64,000 bases of DNA, from positions 32,001 through 96,000 of the forward strand of contig CAVSJV010000002.1 of NCBI GenBank assembly GCA_963728405.1, in the 5' to 3' direction. Below are positions 18,508-28,672 of this stretch, in pieces (within the stretch, counting starts at the first letter, position 1; every line of letters begins with the position of its first letter). Made by a program: the position numbers and the translations under genes. Below the pieces are notes generated by a model. That model did no database searches. It was not told where the DNA came from and saw only the letters and a list, made by a program, of their open reading frames with translations. Origin of the DNA: Methanomassiliicoccaceae archaeon (lineage in GTDB: Archaea; Thermoplasmatota; Thermoplasmata; Methanomassiliicoccales; Methanomassiliicoccaceae).

Positions 18508-19740
18508 GTGGACAAGGACTGGGAAGTACTAGTGATAGGGGCCGGCCCGGCCGGTAGCGGGGCTGCGCTGGCGGCCGCGGAAGGTGGGGCCAAGACACTG
18601 TTGATCGACCGTAAGAAGGAGATAGGGACCCCGGTGCAGTGCGGCGAGGTGGTGGGCGAATCGCTCATCAAGCAGCTGAAGCTCAAGGTGCCTCCGCAGG
18701 CCATCGCTTCGGTACAGGACCACACCCGCTTCTTGCTGGACCGCCGGATCATGGTCACCTCCAGGGAACCGTACTGGCGGAGCGTCACCCTCGAGCGGAA
18801 GATCTTCGACAAGCTACTGGCCGCCCGGGCCGCAGAGGCCGGGGCGAGGGTCCAGGCTGACACCCGGCTTGTGTCCATCGAGCTGAAGGACGGGAATGTG
18901 GTAGAGGCGGAGCTGATGCATCGGGGGGAGGCGCTCACTGTCAAGCCTAAAGTGGTCATCGCCGCCGACGGCGTCCATTCCACTATGGCCAAGCTGATGA
19001 ACGAGACCCTCTACCCTGACACCACCATGGCCCGGGGGATCGAGTACGAGATGATCGCCAAGAAGAAGCTGCCCACCGGCATGCACATCTTCCTGGAACC
19101 AGAGGTCGGCCTGGGCTACGGCTGGATCATCCCCAAGGGGCCTAAGCGAGCCAACGTCGGCCTGGGGATAATCGGATTGGAAGAGAAGCGCCGCTCTACC
19201 CTGCAGGATTGGGTCATGGGCAACCCGGTGGTCTCGGAGTACTTCGACATGGACCGAGTGGTTGAGGTCAAGAGCGGTGACGCCCCCCTGCCAGGCTTCC
19301 TGGGCGGGCCCCGTCGCGGCAATGTCCTGTTCGCCGGTGATGCCGCCGGTCAAACGCTGGCGTTCGTCGGTGAGGGCATCCTGCCCTCTTACGCCTGCGG
19401 TCAGGGCGCAGGAGCGGTAGCGGCCTCGGCCATCCGGCAGAAGAATATATCGAAGCTCGACTGCTATGATCGAGCCGTCAGCGACCTGATGGGCGAAGAG
19501 CTCGAGAAGGGTGCCGCGCTCAAGGATGCCATTCTGGGCCTATGGGGGGACGGATCCATTCCAGAGGGTGCGCGGACCCTGGTGTGCGGGCTCATCATGT
19601 CCGAGGGCATCTTCCCGGAAGAGATCGAGCAGGCCCTGGAGCTCGTGCAGCTCCCCGACCGTAAGCTGGCCCAGGCCATCAAGGCCGGCCTGGAGAAGCG
19701 CAAGCTGCGAGCCCGGGTCTCCCTCCTGCACCACCGCTAA
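18508..19740 (+). CDS. geranylgeranyl reductase-family FAD oxidoreductase
   Basis: GAGPAG, PVQCGE, AADG, GYGWIIPKG...ANVGLG, GDAAG...GEGI. Confidence 0.88.
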   Translation: MDKDWEVLVIGAGPAGSGAALAAAEGGAKTLLIDRKKEIGTPVQCGEVVGESLIKQLKLKVPPQAIASVQDHTRFLLDRRIMVTSREPYWRSVTLERKIFDKLLAARAAEAGARVQADTRLVSIELKDGNVVEAELMHRGEALTVKPKVVIAADGVHSTMAKLMNETLYPDTTMARGIEYEMIAKKKLPTGMHIFLEPEVGLGYGWIIPKGPKRANVGLGIIGLEEKRRSTLQDWVMGNPVVSEYFDMDRVVEVKSGDAPLPGFLGGPRRGNVLFAGDAAGQTLAFVGEGILPSYACGQGAGAVAASAIRQKNISKLDCYDRAVSDLMGEELEKGAALKDAILGLWGDGSIPEGARTLVCGLIMSEGIFPEEIEQALELVQLPDRKLAQAIKAGLEKRKLRARVSLLHHR

Positions 19741-19785
19741 GCTTTTACCATAAAGTTGGATGTATAATCCAATGGGTCGAGGCGA

Positions 19786-20331
19786 ATGAGCGATAAAACG
19801 GACATCCGGGAAAAGCTGGGGCTAGTGCACGTATACACAGGCAACGGCAAAGGGAAAACGACCGCCGCCCTGGGATTGGCGCTTCGGGCCATGGGCAATG
19901 ATCTCCAGGTGGCCATGGTCCAGTTCATGAAGAGCCCCCAGTACTACGGAGAATACGAGATCGCTAAATCGCTGCCTAACCTCACCTTGCTGCCCATGGG
20001 GCGCGACTGCCTGGTATATGAAGGAAAAGCCAAGCAGGAGGACTATGATGCCGCGGAGGCCGCCCTCAAGAAGGCCAGGGAGCTAATGCAATCCGGGCGG
20101 TACGATCTGGTCATCCTGGATGAGGTGAACGTCGCTATCTTCATGGGCCTGATAAAGGTGGAGGACGTGGTCAAGGTCGTAACGCAGAGACCTCCTCGGG
20201 TGGAGGTCGTGCTGACCGGTCGGTACGCGCCCCCGGAGATCATAGAAGTGGCCGATCTGGTGACCGAGATGTGCCTGATCAAGCACCCATACAACAGGGG
20301 CATCCCGGCCCGGGACGGCATCGAGCGCTGA
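19786..20331 (+). CDS. cobO: cob(I)yrinic acid a,c-diamide adenosyltransferase
   Basis: VYTGNGKGKTTAALG, VQFMK, LVILDE, LTGR, ADLVTEM...KHPY. Confidence 0.93.
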   Translation: MSDKTDIREKLGLVHVYTGNGKGKTTAALGLALRAMGNDLQVAMVQFMKSPQYYGEYEIAKSLPNLTLLPMGRDCLVYEGKAKQEDYDAAEAALKKARELMQSGRYDLVILDEVNVAIFMGLIKVEDVVKVVTQRPPRVEVVLTGRYAPPEIIEVADLVTEMCLIKHPYNRGIPARDGIER

Positions 20332-20673
20332 TCACGCTTTTGGGAACAACGTGAGCAGGAAGACCAGATCCTCGGTGGCGTCCACGGCGTGGCGCTGCTC
20401 TTTGGGCATGTGGACCCAGGTTCCCGGCGCGGCGTCGTGCTTCGTTTCTCCCAGGGTTATCGCCGCGCGACCTCTCAGCACATGGATGGATGCCGGCATG
20501 CTCGAGGTGTGCTCGGACAGGCTCTGTCCCTTGACCATGCAGAACAGCACCATCTTACATTCCGGTCGCTCCAGGAAGGTCTTGGAGACTATACCTTCGC
20601 TGGCGAACTGGACCATCTTGTCCAGGTCCTTCACCACCGGCCCCTCCCGGTCCTCGATATCGATCTGCGCCAT
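20332..20673 (-). CDS. cupin domain protein
   Basis: GQSLSEHT...VLRG...MP...HAVDA. Confidence 0.85.
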   Translation of the reverse strand: MAQIDIEDREGPVVKDLDKMVQFASEGIVSKTFLERPECKMVLFCMVKGQSLSEHTSSMPASIHVLRGRAAITLGETKHDAAPGTWVHMPKEQRHAVDATEDLVFLLTLFPKA

Positions 20674-20777
20674 AGGCCTTATATGCGACCAGGCCGATAA
20701 TCTACCTGTCGAAATGTTATTAACTTTTAGGTAAATATTTAATAATAATGTCTCTATCCCCCTGAAGGTAGAATAAA

Positions 20778-21539
20778 ATGGATCCCCTCGTGCTTCTCGG
20801 CATATATTCTGCGCTTATCATACTGGTGTCCCTTATCGGCGGGAGCCTGCCGCTGCTTAGGAACTGGAGCTCCAGCCAGCTCCACCTGATGACTGGGCTG
20901 AGCGCCGGGGTGTTCATCGGGGCCACCTTCATCATCCTGATACCGGACGCCGTGGAGGCCATGGATCCCAGCGAAGCGCTCATGTTGGTCATGGTTGGCT
21001 TCATCATCATCCTGCTGTTCGAAGTGCTCCTCAAGCACCGTCATCAGGACGAGTGCGAGGAGCACACCGCCGAGCATCAGCATTCCCTCACCAGCACGAC
21101 GGCGTTCGTCGGTCTGAGCATCCATTCGGCCATGGACGGCTTCGCCCTCGGGGTGGCGGTGGTCCTCAATCAGGACATCGGAACGGTCGTCTTCCTGGCT
21201 ATCCTGGCCCACAAGGCCATCGACGTCTTCTCGCTGTCGACGACCTTTGCCCTCGCTGATATCGATAAGAAAAAGGGCATTACCTTCATGGTGCTGTTCT
21301 CGCTCATAACCCCCATCGCCGCGGTCATCGCCTATCCGTTCATCGATCTGCTCACCAATATCGACGTAGGCATCCCTCTGGCCCTGGCCGGCGGGACGTT
21401 CATGTATGTGGGTATATACGACCTGCTGCCGGAAGCGTTCCACGAGGAGCACAGTGGGATCAAGGCTATTGCCCTGGTCGCGCTGGGTATCGTACTGATG
21501 TATGTGTTGGGCACCGTGCTCAAGACGGCGGGAATCTGA
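20778..21539 (+). CDS. ZIP family metal transporter
   Basis: His-rich loop, HSAMDG, AILAHK, GTFMYV...DLLPE. Confidence 0.92.
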   Translation: MDPLVLLGIYSALIILVSLIGGSLPLLRNWSSSQLHLMTGLSAGVFIGATFIILIPDAVEAMDPSEALMLVMVGFIIILLFEVLLKHRHQDECEEHTAEHQHSLTSTTAFVGLSIHSAMDGFALGVAVVLNQDIGTVVFLAILAHKAIDVFSLSTTFALADIDKKKGITFMVLFSLITPIAAVIAYPFIDLLTNIDVGIPLALAGGTFMYVGIYDLLPEAFHEEHSGIKAIALVALGIVLMYVLGTVLKTAGI

Positions 21540-21584
21540 ACCCGCCCGTAAAACGCTAATTACCCGGTGCAACAATTGAACATC

Positions 21585-22715
21585 ATGAAGGCCTCGCTCA
21601 AGATAGGACGGATATTCGGGATACCGATCAAGATCCACATAACCTTCCTCCTGATCCTTCCGGTGTTCGCCCTTTCCTTCGGCTTCGTCAGTTCAACGGT
21701 CCTCGGCTTCATCCTGAGCTACAACGACCTGCCGATCGATGTCTTTGGAAAGTTCATCCTCGGATTGCTGGCGGCAGTCCTGTTCTTCATCGCCGTCCTT
21801 TTGCACGAGCTGGCGCATTCCTATGTCGCGATACGTAACGGTTACACGATATCGGGCATAACTCTTCTCATCTTCGGGGGGGTCTCGGAGATCGAACGGG
21901 AGCCGCCCCAGGCGCCCGGGGAAGCGTGGATGGCCTTCGTTGGCCCCGCCGCCAGCTTTGCCATTGGCCTCGCGCTCCTGCCCGTATGGTTCATTTTCAG
22001 CAGCCTTTCCGGACTGGCAGCGAACATTGCCGCCATCACTGCCGGCCTGATGAGCTTCTATAACATCCTCCTGGGAGCCTTCAACATCATCCCGGCCTTC
22101 CCCATGGATGGGGGGCGGGTGCTCCGGGCCACCTTGGCCAAGCGGCTGGGGTTCGTACGCGCCACCACCATCGCGGTCCAGGTCGGCAAGATGCTCGCCC
22201 TGGTCATGGGGTTCGTGGGGATACTGTTCTTCAATCCCTGGCTGATCTTCATCGCCTTCTTCCTGTACATCGGCGCGGGGGAGGAGGAGCGGAGCACGCT
22301 CCTGTCCCAGGCGCTGGAAGGCCTGTCCATCGGACAGATCATGAGCCGCAACGTGTCCACCATCGCGCCGAATGCCACGGTCCGCGACCTCTTCGATAAG
22401 ATGATGGTCGAAAAGCACCTGGGCTATCCCGTGGTAGAGGACGGGCGCCTGATCGGCATCGTGACCCTGGAGGACGGCCAGAAGGTCCCCGCCGAGCAGC
22501 GGAACATTCTCACCGTGGGGAAGATCATGACTTCCAAGGTGATCACCGTCTCACCCGACACCCCGGCCATGGAGGCGATCCAGGCCGTTCAGCGCGCTCG
22601 CATCGGCCGGCTGGTGGTGCTCGAGAACGACAAAGTGGTGGGCATCGTCAGCCGCTCTGATCTGATGAGGGTGTTGGAAGTGAGGGCCGCGGAGAAATCG
22701 GGCACTAGGGCCTAG
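21585..22715 (+). CDS. site-2 protease (M50) with tandem CBS domains
   Basis: HELAH, FNIIPAFPMDGG, C-terminal CBS pair. Confidence 0.93.
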   Translation: MKASLKIGRIFGIPIKIHITFLLILPVFALSFGFVSSTVLGFILSYNDLPIDVFGKFILGLLAAVLFFIAVLLHELAHSYVAIRNGYTISGITLLIFGGVSEIEREPPQAPGEAWMAFVGPAASFAIGLALLPVWFIFSSLSGLAANIAAITAGLMSFYNILLGAFNIIPAFPMDGGRVLRATLAKRLGFVRATTIAVQVGKMLALVMGFVGILFFNPWLIFIAFFLYIGAGEEERSTLLSQALEGLSIGQIMSRNVSTIAPNATVRDLFDKMMVEKHLGYPVVEDGRLIGIVTLEDGQKVPAEQRNILTVGKIMTSKVITVSPDTPAMEAIQAVQRARIGRLVVLENDKVVGIVSRSDLMRVLEVRAAEKSGTRA

Positions 22716-22748
22716 TTCTATCTAGGCCGCCGGTCATACGGCGAAAAG

Positions 22749-23804
22749 ATGAGGTTCGGCATAGTTGTGCATGGCCCCGAGGTCATCGATTCCGGTATCG
22801 CTCAGCAGGTCCTGGACCGTTTATCGGAGAGGGATGAGGTCCAGGCCACGCTGGGAGGCGCCATGGGCCTGGCGGCCCTAATGGATGCTAGCCTGGAAGG
22901 GAGGATAGCCATCGTCCCCCGGCAGCTGGTCTCCGACGCGCTGGTGGTGATGGACCGGGAAGCCGATGTCGTAGTTCTTCTGAACCGAGCCAAGTCCCGC
23001 GAATCTGGGGTGGCCTTCGGCCGGATGGTGGTGAATAGGTCCTTCTCCGAGCTGACCAGGCCGCTGGTCCAGTTCGATGACGGCTTTTACATCATCTGGA
23101 AGCAAGGACCCATCGGACCGCTGGCCGATCTCATCAAGGAGCTGGGTCTGGAACCCCTGCCCCGTCCCGACCTCGTTGAGCCAAAGAGCGATCGGAGGTC
23201 CCTGCATGGTGTCCGGCCCGGAGAGAACATCTGGGTCAATGGTACGGTGGTCGGTCGGGCCACCGCGACGGAGGTCGCCGTCGAACTGAGGGACGGAAAG
23301 CTCCTCTTTGAGAACGTCGAGGTCAAGGAGCACGGAATGGAGAAGGTGAAGGTGACGGACCTGGGGAGGGCCATCATCCGCTCCGGCTCGGTGAGGAGGA
23401 CCTTCGCGGCCGCCAGAGCAACAGTACCCCCGGTCAGCGATCGGCTCATCCTGGTCGATCATCGCGCCGAGGACGCCATCTTCCGGGCCAGGGGAGCGAG
23501 GGCCGCGGTGACCGTAGGGGACGACACTACCTGCATCTCCTCCTCCTTGCTGGCCAGGCTGGGTGTGCCGGTCATCGGCATCATCGATGGCGATGAGGAC
23601 GGCATATGCCTGGACCGGGCGGCCGCGCCGGGCTCGGCCACCATCTTGTTAAGGCCAGGGAACGACGACCAGCTCGGCGCCCGAGTGCGTGAGGAGATCT
23701 TCGGTGGGCGGGAGGAAACAAGATGGAACGAAGAGCTGGACGAGCTTATCTACAAGATCTCGAATATGGCCGGGAGCGCACTTCTGGAAGTTAATAAAAG
23801 ATAA
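22749..23804 (+). CDS. DUF2117 family archaeal protein
   Basis: GIVVHGPEVIDSG, PGENIWVNG, TVGDDTT, IGIIDGDED. Confidence 0.8.
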   Translation: MRFGIVVHGPEVIDSGIAQQVLDRLSERDEVQATLGGAMGLAALMDASLEGRIAIVPRQLVSDALVVMDREADVVVLLNRAKSRESGVAFGRMVVNRSFSELTRPLVQFDDGFYIIWKQGPIGPLADLIKELGLEPLPRPDLVEPKSDRRSLHGVRPGENIWVNGTVVGRATATEVAVELRDGKLLFENVEVKEHGMEKVKVTDLGRAIIRSGSVRRTFAAARATVPPVSDRLILVDHRAEDAIFRARGARAAVTVGDDTTCISSSLLARLGVPVIGIIDGDEDGICLDRAAAPGSATILLRPGNDDQLGARVREEIFGGREETRWNEELDELIYKISNMAGSALLEVNKR

Positions 23805-23828
23805 GCCCCTATTCCCCAGGGGAAGGGT

Positions 23829-24146
23829 TCAAACCGGATTGGTGGCCAAGGCCGTGCTCAGGGTCGGCATGTCAGCGCTCAACTGCACGACGTCGGCGAT
23901 GTTCTTCACGTAGTTCACCGGTATGTTCACCCGGGCGGTGCGCAACATCGGCTTCTTGACGTTCAGCTCGTCGACGACCTGCTTGTTCAGCTCTACGATG
24001 AGGGCGGTAACGCTCCAGTTGCTCAGGTCCATCCAGGCACCGGTCAACGTTCCAATGTTTCTGCCGTCGGTCGTGATCACATCACGATTCTCGATACACC
24101 CCATTTCCAGGGGCTTTCCAGTTGTGACCGTAGGTGTCTCTTGCAT
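23829..24146 (-). CDS. PRC-barrel domain protein
   Basis: VITTDGRNIGTL...IPVNYVKNIADVVQL. Confidence 0.8.
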   Translation of the reverse strand: MQETPTVTTGKPLEMGCIENRDVITTDGRNIGTLTGAWMDLSNWSVTALIVELNKQVVDELNVKKPMLRTARVNIPVNYVKNIADVVQLSADMPTLSTALATNPV

Positions 24147-24209
24147 CAATATCACTCGGGATAAATATAGACAGCCCGCCGTTCATAAGGCTTTCGTGCT
24201 CGTTCGGTG

Positions 24210-25664
24210 TCAGGCTTCCTTCTTCAGGATCTTGAAGAGGATCTCCTTATCTTGCTTGTCCAGGGCCCCGATGCCAAAGAATATCAGGAAATAGGCCACC
24301 GTTCCGATGATCAAAGAAGGAATCAGCGAGACGGAAGGGATCAGCAACAACACCATTCCCATTCCTGCGGCCGCGACCAATGGCTTGAGCAGGATGTCCA
24401 CGAGATTCACCTTGAAGACATGCCGGGAAAGGTAGTACAGCCCCGCGGAGGTGATGCACAGATAAGCGATAGTGAATGATACCGCCGCCCCCACCGCTCC
24501 GAAGAATGGTATCAGGGTGAAACAGAGGGCGGCGTTGACCAGCGCTCCCAGGGTGGCCGCCAGGGTATTGAAGCGTATGCGGTTGGCCGAGGCCAGGACG
24601 CTCCCGATGCCCGTGCCGAAATAGGTGATGGCGATGACCGGGAGCATGATCTGGAACACCTGGGCGGAATCCCAGAACGTAGGGGCGTAGATGAATTGGA
24701 TGATCTTATTGCTCAGGATCATTCCGCCCACCGTCACCGGCAGGCCCAGGGCGAACATGTACTTCATGACCTTCTGCTGCGTCAACCGGGTAAGGTCGGT
24801 GGACGTCTTGTATAAGCGGGAGATCACCGGCAGCAGAGCGGTGATGAGGATGGTCGGGACCGCGATGAGCGCTATGACCAGATTGAAGCCGAGGTTGTAG
24901 ACGGCGGTGGAGTGGGCGGCGGTCAGGGGATCGGTGCCCGACCACAGGGCCAGGTTCATCACCAGCACCGCGTTGACGGAGTAGAGGGAAGTGATCATGA
25001 CCCCGGCCATAGCGTAGGGGATGGCCGTGTGGAGCTGCCCCCTCGCCTCATGCCGGTCAGGCCGGCGGGCCGGGCGGACGATATAACGCGAGGTGATGAG
25101 CAGGCTGAGGCCGACGTTGAGTATGCTGCCCACTAACACCACCAGGACGACGGCGATGAGGCCATACCCTAGCAGTAGGAGGCCGATGGCCACCGAAACG
25201 GTGAACATCCTCTCGATGAGATTGGTGTAGAGCACATAGTGCATCCGTTCGAACGACGTCAGCATGGACGTGAAGACCAGAGCGATCCAATTGAACGCCG
25301 TGGACAGGGCGATGATCATGATGGACAGGCCGATCAACGGGGGCAGGCCGGACAGCAACACCACCCCCAGGGTGATGCCCATGCACAACGCCCCCAGGAC
25401 GCCCCTCAGGTAAAGCGTGTTGGTCAGGTACTGAGATGCGATCTCTTTGTTGGGAGCGACCTCCACCACCATCTGGAACCCCAGCCCAAAGTCGGCCAGA
25501 ATAAAGATAAGGGACGCCAGGGCGAAGGCATAGGAATAGTAGCCGTAATCGTTCTTGATGTAGAACTGCAGAAAGATCGAAAGGATGAAAGTAGATATCT
25601 GGCTGGCCACTTGGACCGATCCCATTGCCAAGGTGTTCTTGGCGACGCTTCTAACCAAACCCAT
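24210..25664 (-). CDS. polysaccharide flippase (Wzx/MOP family)
   Basis: About 14 TM; VAKNT, YGYYS...ADFGL, LLPVISR, LIPFFGAVGAA. Confidence 0.88.
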   Translation of the reverse strand: MGLVRSVAKNTLAMGSVQVASQISTFILSIFLQFYIKNDYGYYSYAFALASLIFILADFGLGFQMVVEVAPNKEIASQYLTNTLYLRGVLGALCMGITLGVVLLSGLPPLIGLSIMIIALSTAFNWIALVFTSMLTSFERMHYVLYTNLIERMFTVSVAIGLLLLGYGLIAVVLVVLVGSILNVGLSLLITSRYIVRPARRPDRHEARGQLHTAIPYAMAGVMITSLYSVNAVLVMNLALWSGTDPLTAAHSTAVYNLGFNLVIALIAVPTILITALLPVISRLYKTSTDLTRLTQQKVMKYMFALGLPVTVGGMILSNKIIQFIYAPTFWDSAQVFQIMLPVIAITYFGTGIGSVLASANRIRFNTLAATLGALVNAALCFTLIPFFGAVGAAVSFTIAYLCITSAGLYYLSRHVFKVNLVDILLKPLVAAAGMGMVLLLIPSVSLIPSLIIGTVAYFLIFFGIGALDKQDKEILFKILKKEA

Positions 25665-25742
25665 GGTCACCGATCCCTAACTTGACAGCTCAAGTAAGAT
25701 AGCATTTGAGCGGCTGGTATATAATCTGGACCAGATGGCAGA

Positions 25743-25961
25743 TCAGTGCCGGAACACGATCATCAGGACGGCGATGATCAGGAACGCTATCCCTGCCAGG
25801 AACAGGTCGCCGGTCAGGAACCAGACCACGAAGGCGATGATCGCCGCGGGGAGGAAGAGAAGTATGCTCCCCACGACCACGACCAGGATGATCAGGCCTA
25901 TGGCCAACAAGAAGATCAGCGCGATGATCGAAAGCCCCGCTTCCAGAATGAGCATTTTCAA
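25743..25961 (-). CDS. small hydrophobic membrane protein
   Basis: 72 aa, almost entirely hydrophobic; putative RBS AGG upstream. Confidence 0.6.
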   Translation of the reverse strand: MKMLILEAGLSIIALIFLLAIGLIILVVVVGSILLFLPAAIIAFVVWFLTGDLFLAGIAFLIIAVLMIVFRH

Positions 25962-25987
25962 CCTAGTCGATGATATGAATTCCCTTA

Positions 25988-26941
25988 CTAATCAACATTC
26001 CCGTGCTGGCCCCTGCCGGCCCTGGTGCGGAAATAATCGACGGTCCGGCCGAGCCCCTGCTCCAGCGGCACCTGTGGTTCCCAGTCCAGATGCTTCCGGG
26101 CCAGGGTGATATCGGGGTTCCGGCGGGTCGGATCGTCCTGGGGCAGGGGGCGATAGACCAGCTGGGAATGTCCGCCCACAATGTCCTGTACCATCTCGGC
26201 CAGCTCCTTGACCGTGCTTTCCCGGGGATTGCCGAGATTGATCGGCCCTTTGACATCGGCGTTCATCAGCCGGTATAGGCCTTCCACCAGGTCGGAAACG
26301 TAGCAGAACGAGCGGGTCTGGGTGCCATCACCGTACAGGGTGATGTCCTCACCGCGCAACGCCTGCACGATGAAGTTGGAGACCACCCGGCCGTCATCGG
26401 CCTGCATCTTCGGCCCATAGGTATTGAAGATCCTGGCCACCCGGATGTCCACGCCTCTCTGCTCGCCATAAGCGAACATCAGAGACTCGGCGACCCGCTT
26501 TCCCTCGTCGTAGCAGGAACGCGGCCCGTTGGGGTTGACATGGCCCCAATAGTTCTCCTTCTGTGGATGGACCAGAGGATCGCCGTATACCTCGGACGTG
26601 GAGGCCTGCAGCATCCGGGCGCCGTAGCGCTGGGCCAGCTCCAGCATGTTGCGCACCCCGTCAGTACTGGTCCGGATCGTCCGTACCTTGTCCTTCTGAT
26701 AATGAACGGGGGAAGCGGGGCAGGCCAGATTATAGATCTGATCGACCTCGAGGTCCAGTGGTTCGATGATGTCGTGGTCGACCAGGCGGAAATGCTCAGA
26801 GCCCTTTAGCTCGGCGATGTTGCTAACACTGCCAGTATAGAAATTGTCGACGCAGATGATCTCGTTACCGTGGTCTAGCAGATGCTTGCAGAGGTGGGAG
26901 CCTATAAAGCCGGCCCCACCGGTGACCAGGACCTTCTTCAT
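25988..26941 (-). CDS. UDP-glucuronate decarboxylase (UDP-xylose synthase-like)
   Basis: [56 protein letters not shown]. Confidence 0.92.
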   Translation of the reverse strand: MKKVLVTGGAGFIGSHLCKHLLDHGNEIICVDNFYTGSVSNIAELKGSEHFRLVDHDIIEPLDLEVDQIYNLACPASPVHYQKDKVRTIRTSTDGVRNMLELAQRYGARMLQASTSEVYGDPLVHPQKENYWGHVNPNGPRSCYDEGKRVAESLMFAYGEQRGVDIRVARIFNTYGPKMQADDGRVVSNFIVQALRGEDITLYGDGTQTRSFCYVSDLVEGLYRLMNADVKGPINLGNPRESTVKELAEMVQDIVGGHSQLVYRPLPQDDPTRRNPDITLARKHLDWEPQVPLEQGLGRTVDYFRTRAGRGQHGNVD

Positions 26942-27039
26942 GATACGGTCATGCGGCAGGTGGTTTAAAAAGAATATCTGTTCCTGACGTCCGGTCCACG
27001 AGTAAACATAATAAGACCAACGTTGGCTATCTGAACATC

Positions 27040-27927
27040 GTGAACGTATTGGTCACGGGGGGATCGGGACAGCTCAGCTCCTATCTATTCGAGGAGCTTG
27101 GACCGAAGCACGAGGCATGGGGCGTGGATATCCGGGAACCGACCTTCCCGAGTGCTATGGGGAGGACCACGATCGCCGATATCCGGGATCCGGCCGCCAT
27201 GCTGAAGGCGTGCCGGGGCGCTGACACGGTCATCCACACGGCCGCCCAGGTCTCGGTCCAGAGATCCACCGAAGATCCTGCCATGGACGCCGAACTGAAC
27301 GTGCTCGGCACGATCAGAGTACTGAAAGCGGCCCGAGATGCCGGGGTCAGGAAGTTCATATTCATCTCCAGCGCAGCGGTGTACGGCAACCCGCGATACG
27401 TGCCAGTGGACGAAGGGCATACCACCGTTCCGCTTTCTATCTACGGTGCCAGCAAGCTCGCCGCCGAGCAATTCGTCCAGGCGTTCGGCTCCACCTTTGG
27501 GCAGGGGTGGGCGATCGTGCGGCCGTTCAACTTCTATTCGCCGCGAGCAGATCCCAAGAGCCCCTATTCCGGAGTGATCACCAAGTTCACCGAGAGCGCC
27601 AAGGCGGGCGTTCCCATGAGGATCGAGGGGGACGGCTCCCAGACCCGGGACTTCCTTCATGCCGCGGACGTGGCCCGGATGGTGCGGGCCGTCATGGAGT
27701 CCGATATCGATGCGACAATATGGAACGCCGGCTCCGGGCGGGGGACCAGCATCGCCGAGCTAGCCGATACGATCAAGAAAGTGTGCCCCCGGGAGACATG
27801 TATCGAGCACATCGCTCCGAGGTTGGCGGACATCAAGCACTCAGTGGCAAAGGTGGAACGCGCCAGAGAGACACTGGGCTTCTCCACCCGCATCTCCCTG
27901 GAGGAGGGCCTCAAGGCCTTCTTCTGA
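27040..27927 (+). CDS. NAD-dependent sugar epimerase/dehydratase
   Basis: [29 protein letters not shown]. Confidence 0.9.
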   Translation: MNVLVTGGSGQLSSYLFEELGPKHEAWGVDIREPTFPSAMGRTTIADIRDPAAMLKACRGADTVIHTAAQVSVQRSTEDPAMDAELNVLGTIRVLKAARDAGVRKFIFISSAAVYGNPRYVPVDEGHTTVPLSIYGASKLAAEQFVQAFGSTFGQGWAIVRPFNFYSPRADPKSPYSGVITKFTESAKAGVPMRIEGDGSQTRDFLHAADVARMVRAVMESDIDATIWNAGSGRGTSIAELADTIKKVCPRETCIEHIAPRLADIKHSVAKVERARETLGFSTRISLEEGLKAFF

Positions 27928-27935
27928 AAGATTAT

Positions 27936-28304
27936 CTAGAACTCAATGATGTTCTGGCCGTCCTTGATGAAGACGGTCATGTCGATGTTGTAGTTGTAGT
28001 CCTCAGTAGTGCCGTCGATCATCTCGATCTTGGCCTTTATCTTGTTCTTCTCAAATGTGATCTGAGCGTTCTTGACCCGCGCTTTGTAAAGATTTATCCT
28101 CTTCCCGGCCCGGGTTAGCTTTCTCTCGTCGCAATAGATGAGGCCGGCGGACTCGAGCAGGTTGATCTTCCGGTAGCACGCCGCGATCGGTATACCAAGC
28201 TTCTCGGATAGCTCGAAGGCGCTCTTGGCCTTACCCATGGTCGCTAGCAGGATCTTGGCGGAATACTCCTCGGTCAGGAGCCTTGAGGTCTCCAATGCGT
28301 GCAT
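27936..28304 (-). CDS. winged helix-turn-helix protein
   Basis: SAFELSEKLGIPIAACYRKINLLESAGLI. Confidence 0.85.
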   Translation of the reverse strand: MHALETSRLLTEEYSAKILLATMGKAKSAFELSEKLGIPIAACYRKINLLESAGLIYCDERKLTRAGKRINLYKARVKNAQITFEKNKIKAKIEMIDGTTEDYNYNIDMTVFIKDGQNIIEF

Positions 28305-28559
28305 CGTGTTTCACCTTAGGTCGGGGACCGGCTAGCGGAATATAAAAGGTATCTCGGTTGATTATCACAAATGAATATTTCCATTTATCATTTAGCCAGA
28401 CGTCCCTTGGAGACCCCGGATCGAGCCTGAGTCTCGGTATTGGGAATTAGATTATGAGGATAAAAAACCACGCTCGCCGGCCTGCCCGCTTAGGCCATCA
28501 TGCATCTCCGGTCAATAGTGTTATAAGCATCCCATCTGATTCCTGGGCGAGGCTTTCAA

Positions 28560-28628
28560 TTGGGTTGTGCAAAGTGCGCCGCTGGCAAGAAGAAGGACGA
28601 CAAGAAAGACACCAAGAAGAAGAAGTAA
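28560..28628 (+). CDS. putative 22-aa CxxC, Lys-rich microprotein
   Basis: TTG GGT TGT GCA AAG TGC...AAG TAA translates to MGCAKCAAGKKKDDKKDTKKKK. TTATAA box at 28521, GAGG upstream, pyrimidine-rich tract downstream. Confidence 0.5.
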   Translation: MGCAKCAAGKKKDDKKDTKKKK

Positions 28629-28672
28629 TTCTTCTTGGAATGTCCGTTTGTCCAAACCCTATACTTTTCCCT

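Noticed and set aside
18504-18510. Pyrrolysine readthrough fusing the two GGR genes
   Set aside because: The second gene starts out of frame after a 1-nt gap, and each gene has its own complete FAD-binding N-terminus.
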